Assembly: GCA_965199205.1 (NCBI GenBank)
Contig: OZ240688.1
Location: 68,276-132,275, forward strand
Origin: Acidisarcina sp.
Lineage (GTDB): Bacteria; Acidobacteriota; Terriglobia; Terriglobales; Acidobacteriaceae
Length of the DNA stretch: 64,000 nt
Direction of reading: 5' to 3'
A model generated the notes under the pieces. The model ran no database searches. It saw only the letters and a list, made by a program, of their open reading frames with translations, and was not told where the DNA came from. The position numbers and the translations under genes were made by a program. Positions 34,487 through 46,531 of the stretch are shown piece after piece. The first letter of the stretch is position 1, and each line of letters begins with the position of its first letter.

Positions 34487-35542
34487 ATGAGGGTTCTTAT
34501 GGGTGTGGCATTGTTGGCAGGGCGGCTCGCAATTGCTTCTTTGTTTGGCCGCCGCATGCTTTGCGCCTGGTTCCCCGATCTCTCTCCGACAAACATTTTC
34601 AATCCGGCGGCGACTCCGGCGAATTCCATCTTCGGCCTCTCGCTGTTTGTCCTCGGGATGACAGGCGGCATCTTCCTGGTGGTCGGCGGGCTGCTGCTCT
34701 TTGTGCTAGTCCGCTTCCGCAGCCGCGCCACGGACGACAACACGGAACCGGCGCAGATTTACGGCAGCACACAGATTGAACTCTCGTGGACTGTGGTGCC
34801 GATCCTGCTGGTCTTCATGCTGTTTCTCACGACGGCCCGGGTGATCCTGGGGACGGAGCATATTCCGAAGCCGGCCAGCGCGATGGACGTAGAGGTGATC
34901 GGGCATCAGTTCTGGTGGGAGTATCGGTACCCCGGCATGGGCGTTGTCACAGCAAACGAGCTGCATCTTCTCGTGAGCGATCCGGCGCATCCCACGCCGA
35001 CATATCTAAGGATGTCTTCCGCGGACGTGACGCACAGCTTCTGGATACCGCGGCTGGCGGGAAAGATGGACCTCATTCCGAACCGGGTGAACACCATGTG
35101 GATCGACCCGCAGGCGCCGGGCCTCTACCTGGGACAATGCGCGCAGTACTGCGGCACACAGCATGCGAAGATGCTGCTGCGGGTGTATGCCGAGTCGCCC
35201 GGCGATTTCGCGGCCTGGATCAGGAAGCAGCAGGCGCCGGCGGCCGGCCCGGCGACGCTGACCCCGGAGCAGCTGGCCGGCAAGGCCGTCTTCGAACACA
35301 ATGCCTGCATGAACTGCCACACGATTTCAGGGACCGGCGCGAAAGGCAAGTTCGGACCGGATCTGACCCACGTTGCAAGCCGCGAGATGCTGGCGTCGGG
35401 AATTTTTCCCAATACGCCCGGAAACCTGAAGAAGTGGATCGACAACCCTGACTACTACAAGCCCGGCGTCCTGATGCCGCCGATGCACCTGAACGACAAA
35501 GACCTGGACGCAGTAACGGCTTATCTCACATCGTTGCGCTGA
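34487..35542 (+). CDS. coxB: Cytochrome c oxidase subunit II with fused cytochrome c (caa3 type)
   Basis: GHQFWWEY, DVTHSFW, CuA motif CAQYCGTQHAKM, heme c CMNCH, LMPPM. Confidence 0.95.
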   Translation: MRVLMGVALLAGRLAIASLFGRRMLCAWFPDLSPTNIFNPAATPANSIFGLSLFVLGMTGGIFLVVGGLLLFVLVRFRSRATDDNTEPAQIYGSTQIELSWTVVPILLVFMLFLTTARVILGTEHIPKPASAMDVEVIGHQFWWEYRYPGMGVVTANELHLLVSDPAHPTPTYLRMSSADVTHSFWIPRLAGKMDLIPNRVNTMWIDPQAPGLYLGQCAQYCGTQHAKMLLRVYAESPGDFAAWIRKQQAPAAGPATLTPEQLAGKAVFEHNACMNCHTISGTGAKGKFGPDLTHVASREMLASGIFPNTPGNLKKWIDNPDYYKPGVLMPPMHLNDKDLDAVTAYLTSLR

Positions 35543-35561
35543 GCGCAGAAAGGAGTAAGTC

Positions 35562-37241
35562 ATGGCCACAACTACGGCAATCGATGTGACGCAGCAGACC
35601 AGGCCGAAGCGGCTGGTGCTGCAGGTGATTCACGAATGGCTCACGACGGTCGACCACAAGAAGATCGGGCTGATGTACATCGCCCTGGCGCTGGTCTTCC
35701 TGGTAGTTGCCGGAATTATGGCGGTGCTGATGCGCATTCAGCTGATGGTGCCGAATAACCACTTCCTGTCGCCGCAGGTCTTTAACCGGCTCTTCACCAT
35801 GCATGGCACGACCATGGTGTTTTTTGTGGGCATGCCGATCCTGTTCGGGTTTGGAAATTACCTCGTCCCGCTGATGATCGGGGCGCGGGACATGGCTTTT
35901 CCGCGGCTGAATGCCTTCTCGTTCTGGGTCTCGGCGTTTGGCGGCATCCTGCTGTATTACAGCTACGTTGGCGGGAGCGGGTTGTACGGGGCGGGATCGG
36001 CGCCGGATGTCGGCTGGTGGGCGTATGCGCCGCTGACGGCGAAGATCTTCTCGCCCGGCCACAGCACCGATTACTGGACGTTCTCGATCCTGCTCAGCGG
36101 CATCGGCACGACGGGCACCTCGATTAATATAATCGCCACGATCATCAGCATGCGTTGCAAAGGCATGACAATGACGAGAATTCCGCTGCTGGCGTGGCTC
36201 TACCTGGTCGTCAGCTTCATGGTCTTTGCCGCGGTCAGCCCATTGACCGCCGCTCAGATCATGCTCACGATCGACCGCTATCTCGGCGGTCATTTCTTTG
36301 ACACGCAGGCGGGCGGTTCGGCGATTTTGTGGTTCCATTTCTTCTGGATCTTCGGCCATCCGGAGGTGTACATCCTAGTGCTCCCGGCCTTTGCTTTTGC
36401 GAATGAGATTATTCCGGTCTTCTCGCGCAAAGCGATCTTCGGATATCCGGCGATGGTGGCGGCGACGGTCGGCATCGGGTTCATCAGCCTGGGCGTGTGG
36501 GCCCACCATATGTTTACGGTGGGCCTGGGCGCGGGGGGCAATATCTTCTTCGTGGCGGCGACGATGATCATCGCGGTGCCGACCGGCATCAAGATCTTCA
36601 ACTGGCTGGCGACGATGTGGGGCGGCAAGATTATCTTCGCCTCGCCGATGCTTTTCTCGATTGCGTTTGTCTTTCAGTTCCTGCTGGCCGGGTTGACGGG
36701 GATCATGCTGGGAGCGGCGCCGTTCGACTGGCAGCTGAGCAACAGCTACTTCGTGGTCGCACATTTCCACTACGTGCTGGTGGGGGCCATCCTGTTCATG
36801 ATCTTTGCCGCCTTCTATTACTGGTACCCGAAGATGACCGGCAGGATGATGAGCGAGCGCCTGGCGAAGTGGCATTTTTGGCTGATGGTGGTCGGCTTCC
36901 ATCTCACATTCGACTTCATGCATGTGCCCGGACTGCTGGGGATGCCGCGGCGAATCTACACCTACGAAGCGGGACGGGGCTGGGATATCTGGAACCAGAT
37001 CGTCGGCGTGGGCACGGTTTTCCAGACGGTCGCCACGGGGCTGTTTGTCTTCAACATGATCTGGTCTTATTACCGCGGCAAGGTCGCGGGGCCCGATCCG
37101 TGGGATGCGTGGACGCTCGAGTGGACGACAAGCTCGCCGCCTCCGGCGTATAACTTCGCGATTCCGCCATCGGTCGGCAGCCGTCGGCCGCTCTGGGACC
37201 TGAAGCATCCCGAAGATCTGGATTCGAAATATGACGCGTAG
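35562..37241 (+). CDS. coxA: Cytochrome c oxidase subunit I (A1 type)
   Basis: FTMHGTTM, FGHPEVY, WAHHM, PTGIKIFNW, AHFHYV, GMPRR. Confidence 0.97.
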   Translation: MATTTAIDVTQQTRPKRLVLQVIHEWLTTVDHKKIGLMYIALALVFLVVAGIMAVLMRIQLMVPNNHFLSPQVFNRLFTMHGTTMVFFVGMPILFGFGNYLVPLMIGARDMAFPRLNAFSFWVSAFGGILLYYSYVGGSGLYGAGSAPDVGWWAYAPLTAKIFSPGHSTDYWTFSILLSGIGTTGTSINIIATIISMRCKGMTMTRIPLLAWLYLVVSFMVFAAVSPLTAAQIMLTIDRYLGGHFFDTQAGGSAILWFHFFWIFGHPEVYILVLPAFAFANEIIPVFSRKAIFGYPAMVAATVGIGFISLGVWAHHMFTVGLGAGGNIFFVAATMIIAVPTGIKIFNWLATMWGGKIIFASPMLFSIAFVFQFLLAGLTGIMLGAAPFDWQLSNSYFVVAHFHYVLVGAILFMIFAAFYYWYPKMTGRMMSERLAKWHFWLMVVGFHLTFDFMHVPGLLGMPRRIYTYEAGRGWDIWNQIVGVGTVFQTVATGLFVFNMIWSYYRGKVAGPDPWDAWTLEWTTSSPPPAYNFAIPPSVGSRRPLWDLKHPEDLDSKYDA

Positions 37242-37274
37242 AGACGAGGGACAAGCGAACGAGCGGAGGAGGCC

Positions 37275-37871
37275 ATGAGCGCGATCCCGATGACTCCGCA
37301 GATCGAGGAACAGCCTTGGACGCTTCCCGACAAAGGAATGGTGGGGATGGCGTGCCTGATCCTTGCCGAGTCGGCGATCTTCATCATCTTCGTCGTTGCC
37401 TACATCTATTACATTGGCAGAAGCCTGAGCGGGCCGACTCCGAAGCAGGTGCTGGAACTGCCGATCGTGAGCACCATCTGCCTCTTGTCGAGCAGCTTGA
37501 CAGTGCATGCCTCGGTGTCTGCATTGCGCAAGAGCAGGGTGAGCGCCTGCGCGGCGTGGCTGGGAGCGACGATCCTGCTGGCCGCGATTTTTCTGTTTTC
37601 TACCGGGATGGAGTGGTACCACCTGATCCACGATGACGGACTGACGATCCGGACCAACCTTTTCGGTACGACGTTTTATTCGCTGGTGGGCCTGCACGCA
37701 ACCCACGTGGTCGTGGGGCTGATCATGCTGACGATTGCGCTGATTGCGGCGTTGCGCAAGGCGATGAACGAGCACCACGCCGAGAAGCTGGAAGTGCTGT
37801 CGATGTACTGGCACTTCGTCGATGCGGTCTGGGTGGTGGTCTTCAGCGTGGTGTATGTGTTGGGAAGATAG
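37275..37871 (+). CDS. coxC: Cytochrome c oxidase subunit III
   Basis: ILAESAIF, LLSSSLT, FYSLVGLHATHV, YWHFVDAVW. Confidence 0.93.
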   Translation: MSAIPMTPQIEEQPWTLPDKGMVGMACLILAESAIFIIFVVAYIYYIGRSLSGPTPKQVLELPIVSTICLLSSSLTVHASVSALRKSRVSACAAWLGATILLAAIFLFSTGMEWYHLIHDDGLTIRTNLFGTTFYSLVGLHATHVVVGLIMLTIALIAALRKAMNEHHAEKLEVLSMYWHFVDAVWVVVFSVVYVLGR

Positions 37872-37935
37872 CGATGCCGCGAAGCCAAAAATCAGGTTGG
37901 AAATCCGAACGGAAAATGCGGCGAGAGGGACGGCG

Positions 37936-38802
37936 ATGAGCGACCATGTGAGCGGGCATGCACAAGCGGACGAAGGTTTCGTTCTACTGCCGACACCGAC
38001 CATCTGGCCGATGGTGCTGGCTCTGGGGATCGCGCTAGCGGTGACCGGCATGGTGACGCACTGGATCATTACGGCGCTGGGTGTCTTCCTCGCCCTGATG
38101 TCGACGGTGGGTTGGTTCCGGCAGATCTTTCCGCACGAGTGGCACGAGCCTGTCGCGGTCAGCACGGAGATCGTATCGATCGCAAGCTCGCGGGTGGTCA
38201 GCAGCCGTCGCGCAGAGAAACAGCCGCGCCGCAAGGTGCAGCCGATCGAGAGCTACAACGTGCTGGTGGGCGTGAAGGGCGGGATTGCCGGGGGACTGGC
38301 GATGACTCTTCCGGCAAGCTTGTTCGGGCTGCTGAAGTATCACAGCATCTGGTATCCGATCAACCTGCTGGCTGCTGGCGGGTTTGTGAGCTGGGCGAGC
38401 GAGAGCGATGCTTTCCTGGCGCAGTTTCATATGCAGGGCCTGCTGGCAGGAATGGGAATCCACATCTTCTCGTCGCTGCTCGTCGGGCTGCTTTATGGCG
38501 CGATGCTACCGATCTTTCCCAGAATGCCCATCCTAACGGCGGGCTTTGTCGCGCCCCTGTTGTGGACCGGCCTGCTCTATACGTCACTGGGAATTCTAAG
38601 CCCGATCCTCAATCAACGGATTAACTGGCTGTGGTTCGTCGTGTCGCAGATTGCCTTTGGCCTAGTAGCTGGATTCGTTGTCAACCTGCAAGTCAAGGTC
38701 CGTTCGGCGGAGTTCCGGGAACTGCCGTTTGCCGTCAGGGCCGGTCTCGAAACCGATCAGCCGTACATCGTGGACGATGAGAAGGCAGACGACCCTCGAT
38801 GA
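37936..38802 (+). CDS. Uncharacterised polytopic membrane protein in the oxidase operon (N-terminus resembles subunit IV/CtaF)
   Basis: LPTPTIWPMVLALGIALAVTG plus 2 TM, hydrophilic linker, about 4 further TM; overlaps the next gene. Confidence 0.7.
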   Translation: MSDHVSGHAQADEGFVLLPTPTIWPMVLALGIALAVTGMVTHWIITALGVFLALMSTVGWFRQIFPHEWHEPVAVSTEIVSIASSRVVSSRRAEKQPRRKVQPIESYNVLVGVKGGIAGGLAMTLPASLFGLLKYHSIWYPINLLAAGGFVSWASESDAFLAQFHMQGLLAGMGIHIFSSLLVGLLYGAMLPIFPRMPILTAGFVAPLLWTGLLYTSLGILSPILNQRINWLWFVVSQIAFGLVAGFVVNLQVKVRSAEFRELPFAVRAGLETDQPYIVDDEKADDPR

Positions 38803-39581
38803 GAATGCTGAAAGCCTTGCTGCTCGGACCGGCCTCGCTGCTTATGCTTCTTGGGCTTGGCTGCGACGGGGCGCCCGGAAAGCCCGGCCCGGGGCCAGAG
38901 GTACCGCGGCCCGACCAGGTGCTGGATTTCGCCACGCTTTACAAACAGAACTGTGTCGCCTGCCATGGCGACAGCCGGCAGCCGGGAGCAGCGATCTCGC
39001 TCGCGAACCCGGTGTACCTGGCCGTGGCCGGCGAGCAGAACCTGAAACTTATTACCGCCAACGGGATCCCGGGGAAGTTGATGCCCGGCTTCAGCCAGAG
39101 CGCCGGTGGCATGTTGACCGAAGAGCAGGTTGAGGTGCTGGCGAAAGGAATGTTGAAGGAGTGGGGAAAGCCCAGTGTGCTGGCAGGGCAGGCTCCGCCG
39201 CCTTACCGCGCTGCTGCAAAAGGGGACGTTCGCGCAGGCCAAGAGGCGTACGGCAGCTACTGTGCCCGTTGCCATGGCGCTGGCGGGGAAGGGAACCCGG
39301 GCATGCACCTGGGATCGATCGTCGACCCGCCTTATCTGGGGCTGATCAGCGATCAGGGGTTGAGAAGCATCACAATGGCCGGTATGCCGGAGCAAGGGAT
39401 GCCCGACTGGCGCTCTGACGCTCCTGGCCATGCAATGTCCGATGCGGAGATTACCGATGTCGTCGCGTGGCTTTCATCGCATCGGGATACCGAGACGCAA
39501 GCTTTGCCTGCAACACCATCGACTTCGCCGATCCACTCTTCCGCGACGAAGGTGACGCATGAACCCGCATCTGTTCGATAG
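38799..39581 (+). CDS. Diheme c-type cytochrome lipoprotein
   Basis: Lipobox LGLG-C; CVACH and CARCH; candidate Met ligands LMPGF and GMPDW. Confidence 0.9.
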   Translation: MRMLKALLLGPASLLMLLGLGCDGAPGKPGPGPEVPRPDQVLDFATLYKQNCVACHGDSRQPGAAISLANPVYLAVAGEQNLKLITANGIPGKLMPGFSQSAGGMLTEEQVEVLAKGMLKEWGKPSVLAGQAPPPYRAAAKGDVRAGQEAYGSYCARCHGAGGEGNPGMHLGSIVDPPYLGLISDQGLRSITMAGMPEQGMPDWRSDAPGHAMSDAEITDVVAWLSSHRDTETQALPATPSTSPIHSSATKVTHEPASVR

Positions 39582-39592
39582 GAGCTGTCAAT

Positions 39593-40282
39593 ATGGAAAC
39601 GGAACTGCCCCCACACACTCCTGAGCCTGAAGAACAGGAGCAGCGACTGCCAGCCGCCGACGTTTCGCGGCGCAAATTCCTGTTCAAGCTGTCGGTGGCG
39701 GCGAACGGGCTGGTGGGTGCGATCTTTGCGGTGCCTATCGTCGGCTACCTGCTGGGCCCGGCGATGAAGAAAGGGAAGGCGGCGGAGTTCTGGGTAGGTC
39801 TGGGGCCGGTCGAGCAGTTTCCTGAGGGGGAGACGCGGCTGGTCAATTTCCGGAATCCGTCAACCACGCCGTGGGACGGGCAGACGGGCGATCTTCCATG
39901 CTGGGTACGCCGGATCGCCGGGAATCAGTTCCAGGTCTTCGCTATCAATTGCGCTCACCTCGGTTGCCCGGTGCGCTGGTTTGCGCAGTCCAAACTCTTC
40001 ATGTGCCCCTGTCACGGCGGCGCGTACTACGAGGATGGATCGCGAGCTTCGGGTCCCCCGGAGCGCGGACTTTTTGAGTACGAATACAAGATCGAAGCCC
40101 AGAATCTGATTATCAGCGTGGGCGATCTGCCGACGCTGGCTCGTCCCGGCACGAAACAGACGGCCGCTTGTCCGGGCGCTACGTCCCCAGAGAGCATGCC
40201 GCTGACGCAGATTGCCGATATCCCGAGGCCCCAGACCCACATAGCTGGGGACGCGACGCAGAAGGAGACCGGCAATGGCTGA
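39593..40282 (+). CDS. qcrA: Rieske 2Fe-2S subunit of quinol:cytochrome c reductase
   Basis: Tat motif SRRKFL plus TM; CAHLGC and CPCHGG; GPPERGL. Confidence 0.93.
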   Translation: METELPPHTPEPEEQEQRLPAADVSRRKFLFKLSVAANGLVGAIFAVPIVGYLLGPAMKKGKAAEFWVGLGPVEQFPEGETRLVNFRNPSTTPWDGQTGDLPCWVRRIAGNQFQVFAINCAHLGCPVRWFAQSKLFMCPCHGGAYYEDGSRASGPPERGLFEYEYKIEAQNLIISVGDLPTLARPGTKQTAACPGATSPESMPLTQIADIPRPQTHIAGDATQKETGNG

Positions 40283-41774
40283 CCTGAAGAAGGGTGCTAT
40301 TGAGGTCTACAACTGGCTGGAGTTTCGGCTGGGGCTGGCGCAGCCCGCCCTCGATGCGGCAGCCCATCCGGTGCCCATCAAGGCGGCGAGCTGGTGGTAT
40401 GTGTTTGGGAGCGCGGCGACGATCCTGCTGGGGCTGCAGGTAGTGACCGGCATCCTGCTGGCGCTGGTGTATTCGCCCTCGGCGAGCGATGCTTGGAAGA
40501 GCCTGGAATTCCTGAATCATGACATCGCCTTGGGCTGGTTTCTGCGGGCGATCCATGGTTGGGGTTCGGATTTCATGGTGGCCATCGTGCTGATGCACCT
40601 GGCGCAGGTCTTCCTTTTCGGCGCCTACAAGTTTCCCCGCGAACTTACCTGGATCATCGGTGTCTTTCTGCTGCTGCTGACTCTTGGTATGGCGTTCACG
40701 GGTCAGGTGCTGCGCTTCGACCAGGACGCGTACTGGGGTTTGGGGATCGGAGCTTCGATTACCAGCCGGGTGCCGTTTATCGGCGGCCCGGCGGTGAGCC
40801 TGCTGCTCGGCGGCCCGATCATCGGCGGAGCGACGCTGTCGAGATTTTTCGCGCTGCACGTCTTTGTGATTCCGGGCATTTTACTCGGTGCGGTCGGCCT
40901 GCATGTGTGGATGGTGCTGCGGCTGGGCATCAATGAGTGGCCGATGCCCGGACGGTTGGTGCGCAAAGCCACGTATGAGCGCGAATATCATGAGCTGACG
41001 TCGAAAAAGGGTATTCCGTTCGTTCCGGACGGCGCCTGGAAGGACGCTTTCTTTTCAGCAGCGGTGATCCTCGCCGTGGTGGCGTGCGCTCTCTTCTTCG
41101 GTCCGTTCGGGCCGACCGGCCAGCCCGATCCGCGCATCATCCAAACAGCCCCCAAGCCGGATTTTGCCTTCCTCTGGATTTATTCGGTCTTGGCCTTCCT
41201 GCCGCCCAGTATCGAGACGCCGGTCATGTTCATTGTTCCCGTGATCGCTATCGGCGGCATGCTGCTGCTGCCGCTGGTCTTTGGCGAAGGAGAAAAGCAC
41301 TGGTCGCGGCGTCCGGTTGCCGTGCTGATGCTGGCGGTGATCGCGGTGTCGCTTGGCATCTTCACGCGGCTGGGGATGTATACGCCGTGGAGCCCCATCA
41401 TGGACGCGTGGACGACGGATGTTACGCCCGCCAAATATCTTCATGACCGCACCCCGCTGCAACGGCAGGGAGCATTGATCCTGCAGGACAAGCAGTGCCG
41501 CAACTGCCACTCGATCGGCGGAGTAGGCGGCCTCCGCGGTCCGGCCCTCGATAGCGTGGCCACCCGATTGACCTACGATCAACTTGTGCGGCAGGTAGTG
41601 CAGGGCGGAGGCAATATGCCGGCCTATGGCAACGCGCTGAGCGCCGACGAGACCACGGCGCTGGTCGGCTTTCTTAGTACGCTGCGAGGCAACGACCTGA
41701 GTCCGGCGGTAAATGCGTCCGGCAAACTGATCGACGCCAGGCAGCCGGAGCCGCAGGAAAAGGGCGCCCGGTGA
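40275..41774 (+). CDS. qcrB: Cytochrome b fused to subunit-IV region and C-terminal cytochrome c
   Basis: Four His ligands (RAIHGW, LMHLAQ, FALHVF, GLHVW); GTFG-like PFGP...PKPDFAF; heme c CRNCH with GNMPAY. Confidence 0.93.
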   Translation: MADLKKGAIEVYNWLEFRLGLAQPALDAAAHPVPIKAASWWYVFGSAATILLGLQVVTGILLALVYSPSASDAWKSLEFLNHDIALGWFLRAIHGWGSDFMVAIVLMHLAQVFLFGAYKFPRELTWIIGVFLLLLTLGMAFTGQVLRFDQDAYWGLGIGASITSRVPFIGGPAVSLLLGGPIIGGATLSRFFALHVFVIPGILLGAVGLHVWMVLRLGINEWPMPGRLVRKATYEREYHELTSKKGIPFVPDGAWKDAFFSAAVILAVVACALFFGPFGPTGQPDPRIIQTAPKPDFAFLWIYSVLAFLPPSIETPVMFIVPVIAIGGMLLLPLVFGEGEKHWSRRPVAVLMLAVIAVSLGIFTRLGMYTPWSPIMDAWTTDVTPAKYLHDRTPLQRQGALILQDKQCRNCHSIGGVGGLRGPALDSVATRLTYDQLVRQVVQGGGNMPAYGNALSADETTALVGFLSTLRGNDLSPAVNASGKLIDARQPEPQEKGAR

Positions 41775-41870
41775 GCGAAGTTTTCCAACGGAAAGATGTC
41801 ACCTCATGGCCTTGTGCTTGACGGGTGCGGGTGGGATGGCCTGTCCTGGACTTGAGTTTGCCGGCCGCTG

Positions 41871-42698
41871 ATGTCCGCAACTGACGCCATCCTGGCCGAC
41901 TGGTCGCCGCCCTGGATTTTGACTGCGACGATCGTCTTGTTTGCGGCGATTTATATGCGGGGATGGATCGCGATCCGCAAGACACGTCGTGGGTTATTTC
42001 CGGATTGGCGGTTCGCCTGTTACCTGCTCGGGCTGCTGATTCTGTGGCTCTCGCTGGCGTCGCCGCTGGACGGTTTTGCCGATGCGCTCCTTAGCGCACA
42101 CATGCTGCAGCACCTGCTATTGATGTCGGTGGTGCCGCCGCTGGTCTTGCTGGGACGGCCAACGGTGCCCCTGCTGCGGGGCTTGCCGCGGCTTTTCACG
42201 AGGAGGGTGCTGGGGCCGGTCTTTCGTTTGGCGCCGCTTCTGGAGGTGGGCCGTTTTTTGACGCGGCCAGTGGTCGCGTGGCTGGCTATGAACCTGACTT
42301 TCCTCCTATGGCACACTCCGTCGGCCTATGACTACGCCTTATGGCACGAAGACTGGCACCGGGTGGAACATATCTGCTTTCTGGCGACATCGCTGCTCTT
42401 CTGGTGGCCGGTGATCCAGCCGTGGCCGGCTCGGCGGCACACATTCGGCTGGGGGTTGCTGCTCTACCTCCTGAGCGCGGATATTGTGAATACCGCACTG
42501 TCGGCGTTCCTGGTGTTTTGCGACCGGCCGGTCTATACCTACTACCTCTCTCAGCCTAATCCGTTCCACGTGAACCCGGTTTCGGACCAAGCGTTCGGCG
42601 CTGCGCTGATGTGGGTGGTCGGATCGATCGCTTTCCTGGTGCCGGCCATGATGCTGACGGTGCAGATGCTGCAGACGGGTTCCAGCAGCAATCCGTAA
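41871..42698 (+). CDS. ctaG: Cytochrome c oxidase assembly factor (Caa3_CtaG family)
   Basis: SPLDGFADALLSAHMLQHLLLMSVVPPL, LWHTP, EHICFL, DQAFGAALMW. Confidence 0.88.
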   Translation: MSATDAILADWSPPWILTATIVLFAAIYMRGWIAIRKTRRGLFPDWRFACYLLGLLILWLSLASPLDGFADALLSAHMLQHLLLMSVVPPLVLLGRPTVPLLRGLPRLFTRRVLGPVFRLAPLLEVGRFLTRPVVAWLAMNLTFLLWHTPSAYDYALWHEDWHRVEHICFLATSLLFWWPVIQPWPARRHTFGWGLLLYLLSADIVNTALSAFLVFCDRPVYTYYLSQPNPFHVNPVSDQAFGAALMWVVGSIAFLVPAMMLTVQMLQTGSSSNP

Positions 42699-42712
42699 GA
42701 CTCAGATAGCGA

Positions 42713-43468
42713 TCAAGGCGCAGAGGCACGAGCTTGAAAGCGGAGCCGGACATAGTCGGCGATCCAGTCGCCCGAACTGGTGCAGAGGACGGGCTCGAGC
42801 AGCGCCACAGTTTTTTCGAGGGCCGGTCGGCGATGCTCTTCGGGCAACTGGTCGAGCAGGCCGTTGCGGAAGGTCTCGAGCCAGCCGCTCATTCCGGGCG
42901 GAGGGAGAGGAGTCATCCTGGGGATGAGGTCTATGGTCTCGACCGTGAATTGCGCTGCCTGCAGCAGCGTGCTATAGCTTTCCGGCGTGGGGAAGTAACT
43001 ATGGTCGAGGGCCTCGGCAGCCAATCCGTAGGTGCTGAAGACCGCGGCCAAGGCGACGCGAATAGCGGCGATATTGCCGAAGCCACCCATCTCGGCTACG
43101 AAGCGGCCGCCGGGTTTGAGCGAGCGATGGACGCCGGCGAGGACTGCCTGTTGATCACGTATCCAGTGCAGGGCGGCGTTGGAGAAGACGGCGTCGAACT
43201 CCGCCTGAAAGGGGAGTTGCTCTGCCCCGAGCTGGCGAACGTCGAGACCGCGCGCCCGGGCGGCCTCGACCATGGTGGGCGAAGCGTCGACGCCGAGCAC
43301 GCTTGCCCCGGTAGCGGCGATCTTTGCGGTGAGAACGCCATCGCCGCAGCCGAGGTCGAGGATTCGCTCGCCGGGCTGCGGCGCAAGCAGGTCAAAGACA
43401 CCGGTGGCGAGATTGGCAACGAAGCGACCGCGTTGTGCGTATTGGCCTGCATTCCAGATCTGAGTCAT
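42713..43468 (-). CDS. Class I SAM-dependent methyltransferase
   Basis: WNAGQY, ILDLGCGDG, GVDASPTM, FDAVFSNAALHW, LKPGGRFV, ADYVRLRF. Confidence 0.9.
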   Translation of the reverse strand: MTQIWNAGQYAQRGRFVANLATGVFDLLAPQPGERILDLGCGDGVLTAKIAATGASVLGVDASPTMVEAARARGLDVRQLGAEQLPFQAEFDAVFSNAALHWIRDQQAVLAGVHRSLKPGGRFVAEMGGFGNIAAIRVALAAVFSTYGLAAEALDHSYFPTPESYSTLLQAAQFTVETIDLIPRMTPLPPPGMSGWLETFRNGLLDQLPEEHRRPALEKTVALLEPVLCTSSGDWIADYVRLRFQARASAP

Positions 43469-43503
43469 CTGAAACCTTTTGCGAATTTGTCGAAGTGGTT
43501 GAG

Positions 43504-45971
<2,468 letters not shown>

Positions 45972-46210
45972 TTAATGCCGGCGCGGATCTTCCAGGCATC
46001 CGCCGCGGCTGCGCGGCAAAAGCAACTGCATGTATGCGCTTAGTTTGCGTGCCGACGGGTTTCGATAGGCACACCGCGGGATGCAGATTCGCATGGAAAC
46101 GAGTATTGACCATGCTGTCTCTCAACGCAAGCGGTCTCTGTCGAGTGGTGATAATCGGAGCGCCGGACGCATTTCCTCGCCTGAATCCGTCAACTCGAGT
46201 GGGAATTCTT

Positions 46211-46264
46211 AAAAAAAGGCCTTCTGCAAGAGAAAAGCCGAACTCTCCCGATGGAGAGCTCGGC
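46211..46264 (-). terminator. Tandem intrinsic terminators downstream of the 64-aa gene
   Basis: Minus strand GCCGAGCTCTCC-atcg-GGAGAGTTCGGC followed by TTTT, then a second weaker stem followed by T7. Confidence 0.7.
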
Positions 46265-46336
46265 GTGGGGTTGCATTCGTAGGTATTCGCATCGAGAGCC
46301 GAAAGTTGAAGTATCCGGTGAATGAGCGGCCTGCGC

Positions 46337-46531
46337 TTATTTCGTGAACTCCGTCGGGTCTTCCCGTTGCTGGCGTTCGAAGCCTTTGCGTGCGGCGTGA
46401 CCGGCTACCTCATTCACCTGCTCGTGCGGTTCCCCTTCGATGTGAATCGGGATGTCCTTGTTGACGCCTGCGGGTGTTCCTGCTCCCGCCTGTCCAGTTC
46501 CTGTGGGCCTTGCGCTTGTGTCGGTTGACAT
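46337..46531 (-). CDS. Small hypothetical protein (64 aa)
   Basis: Strong SD AAGGAGG 5 nt before ATG; followed by terminators. Confidence 0.7.
   Translation of the reverse strand: MSTDTSARPTGTGQAGAGTPAGVNKDIPIHIEGEPHEQVNEVAGHAARKGFERQQREDPTEFTK

Noticed and set aside
36375-38234. 619-aa minus-strand ORF
   Set aside because: Antisense to coxA/coxC; Arg/His-rich composition typical of shadow frames.
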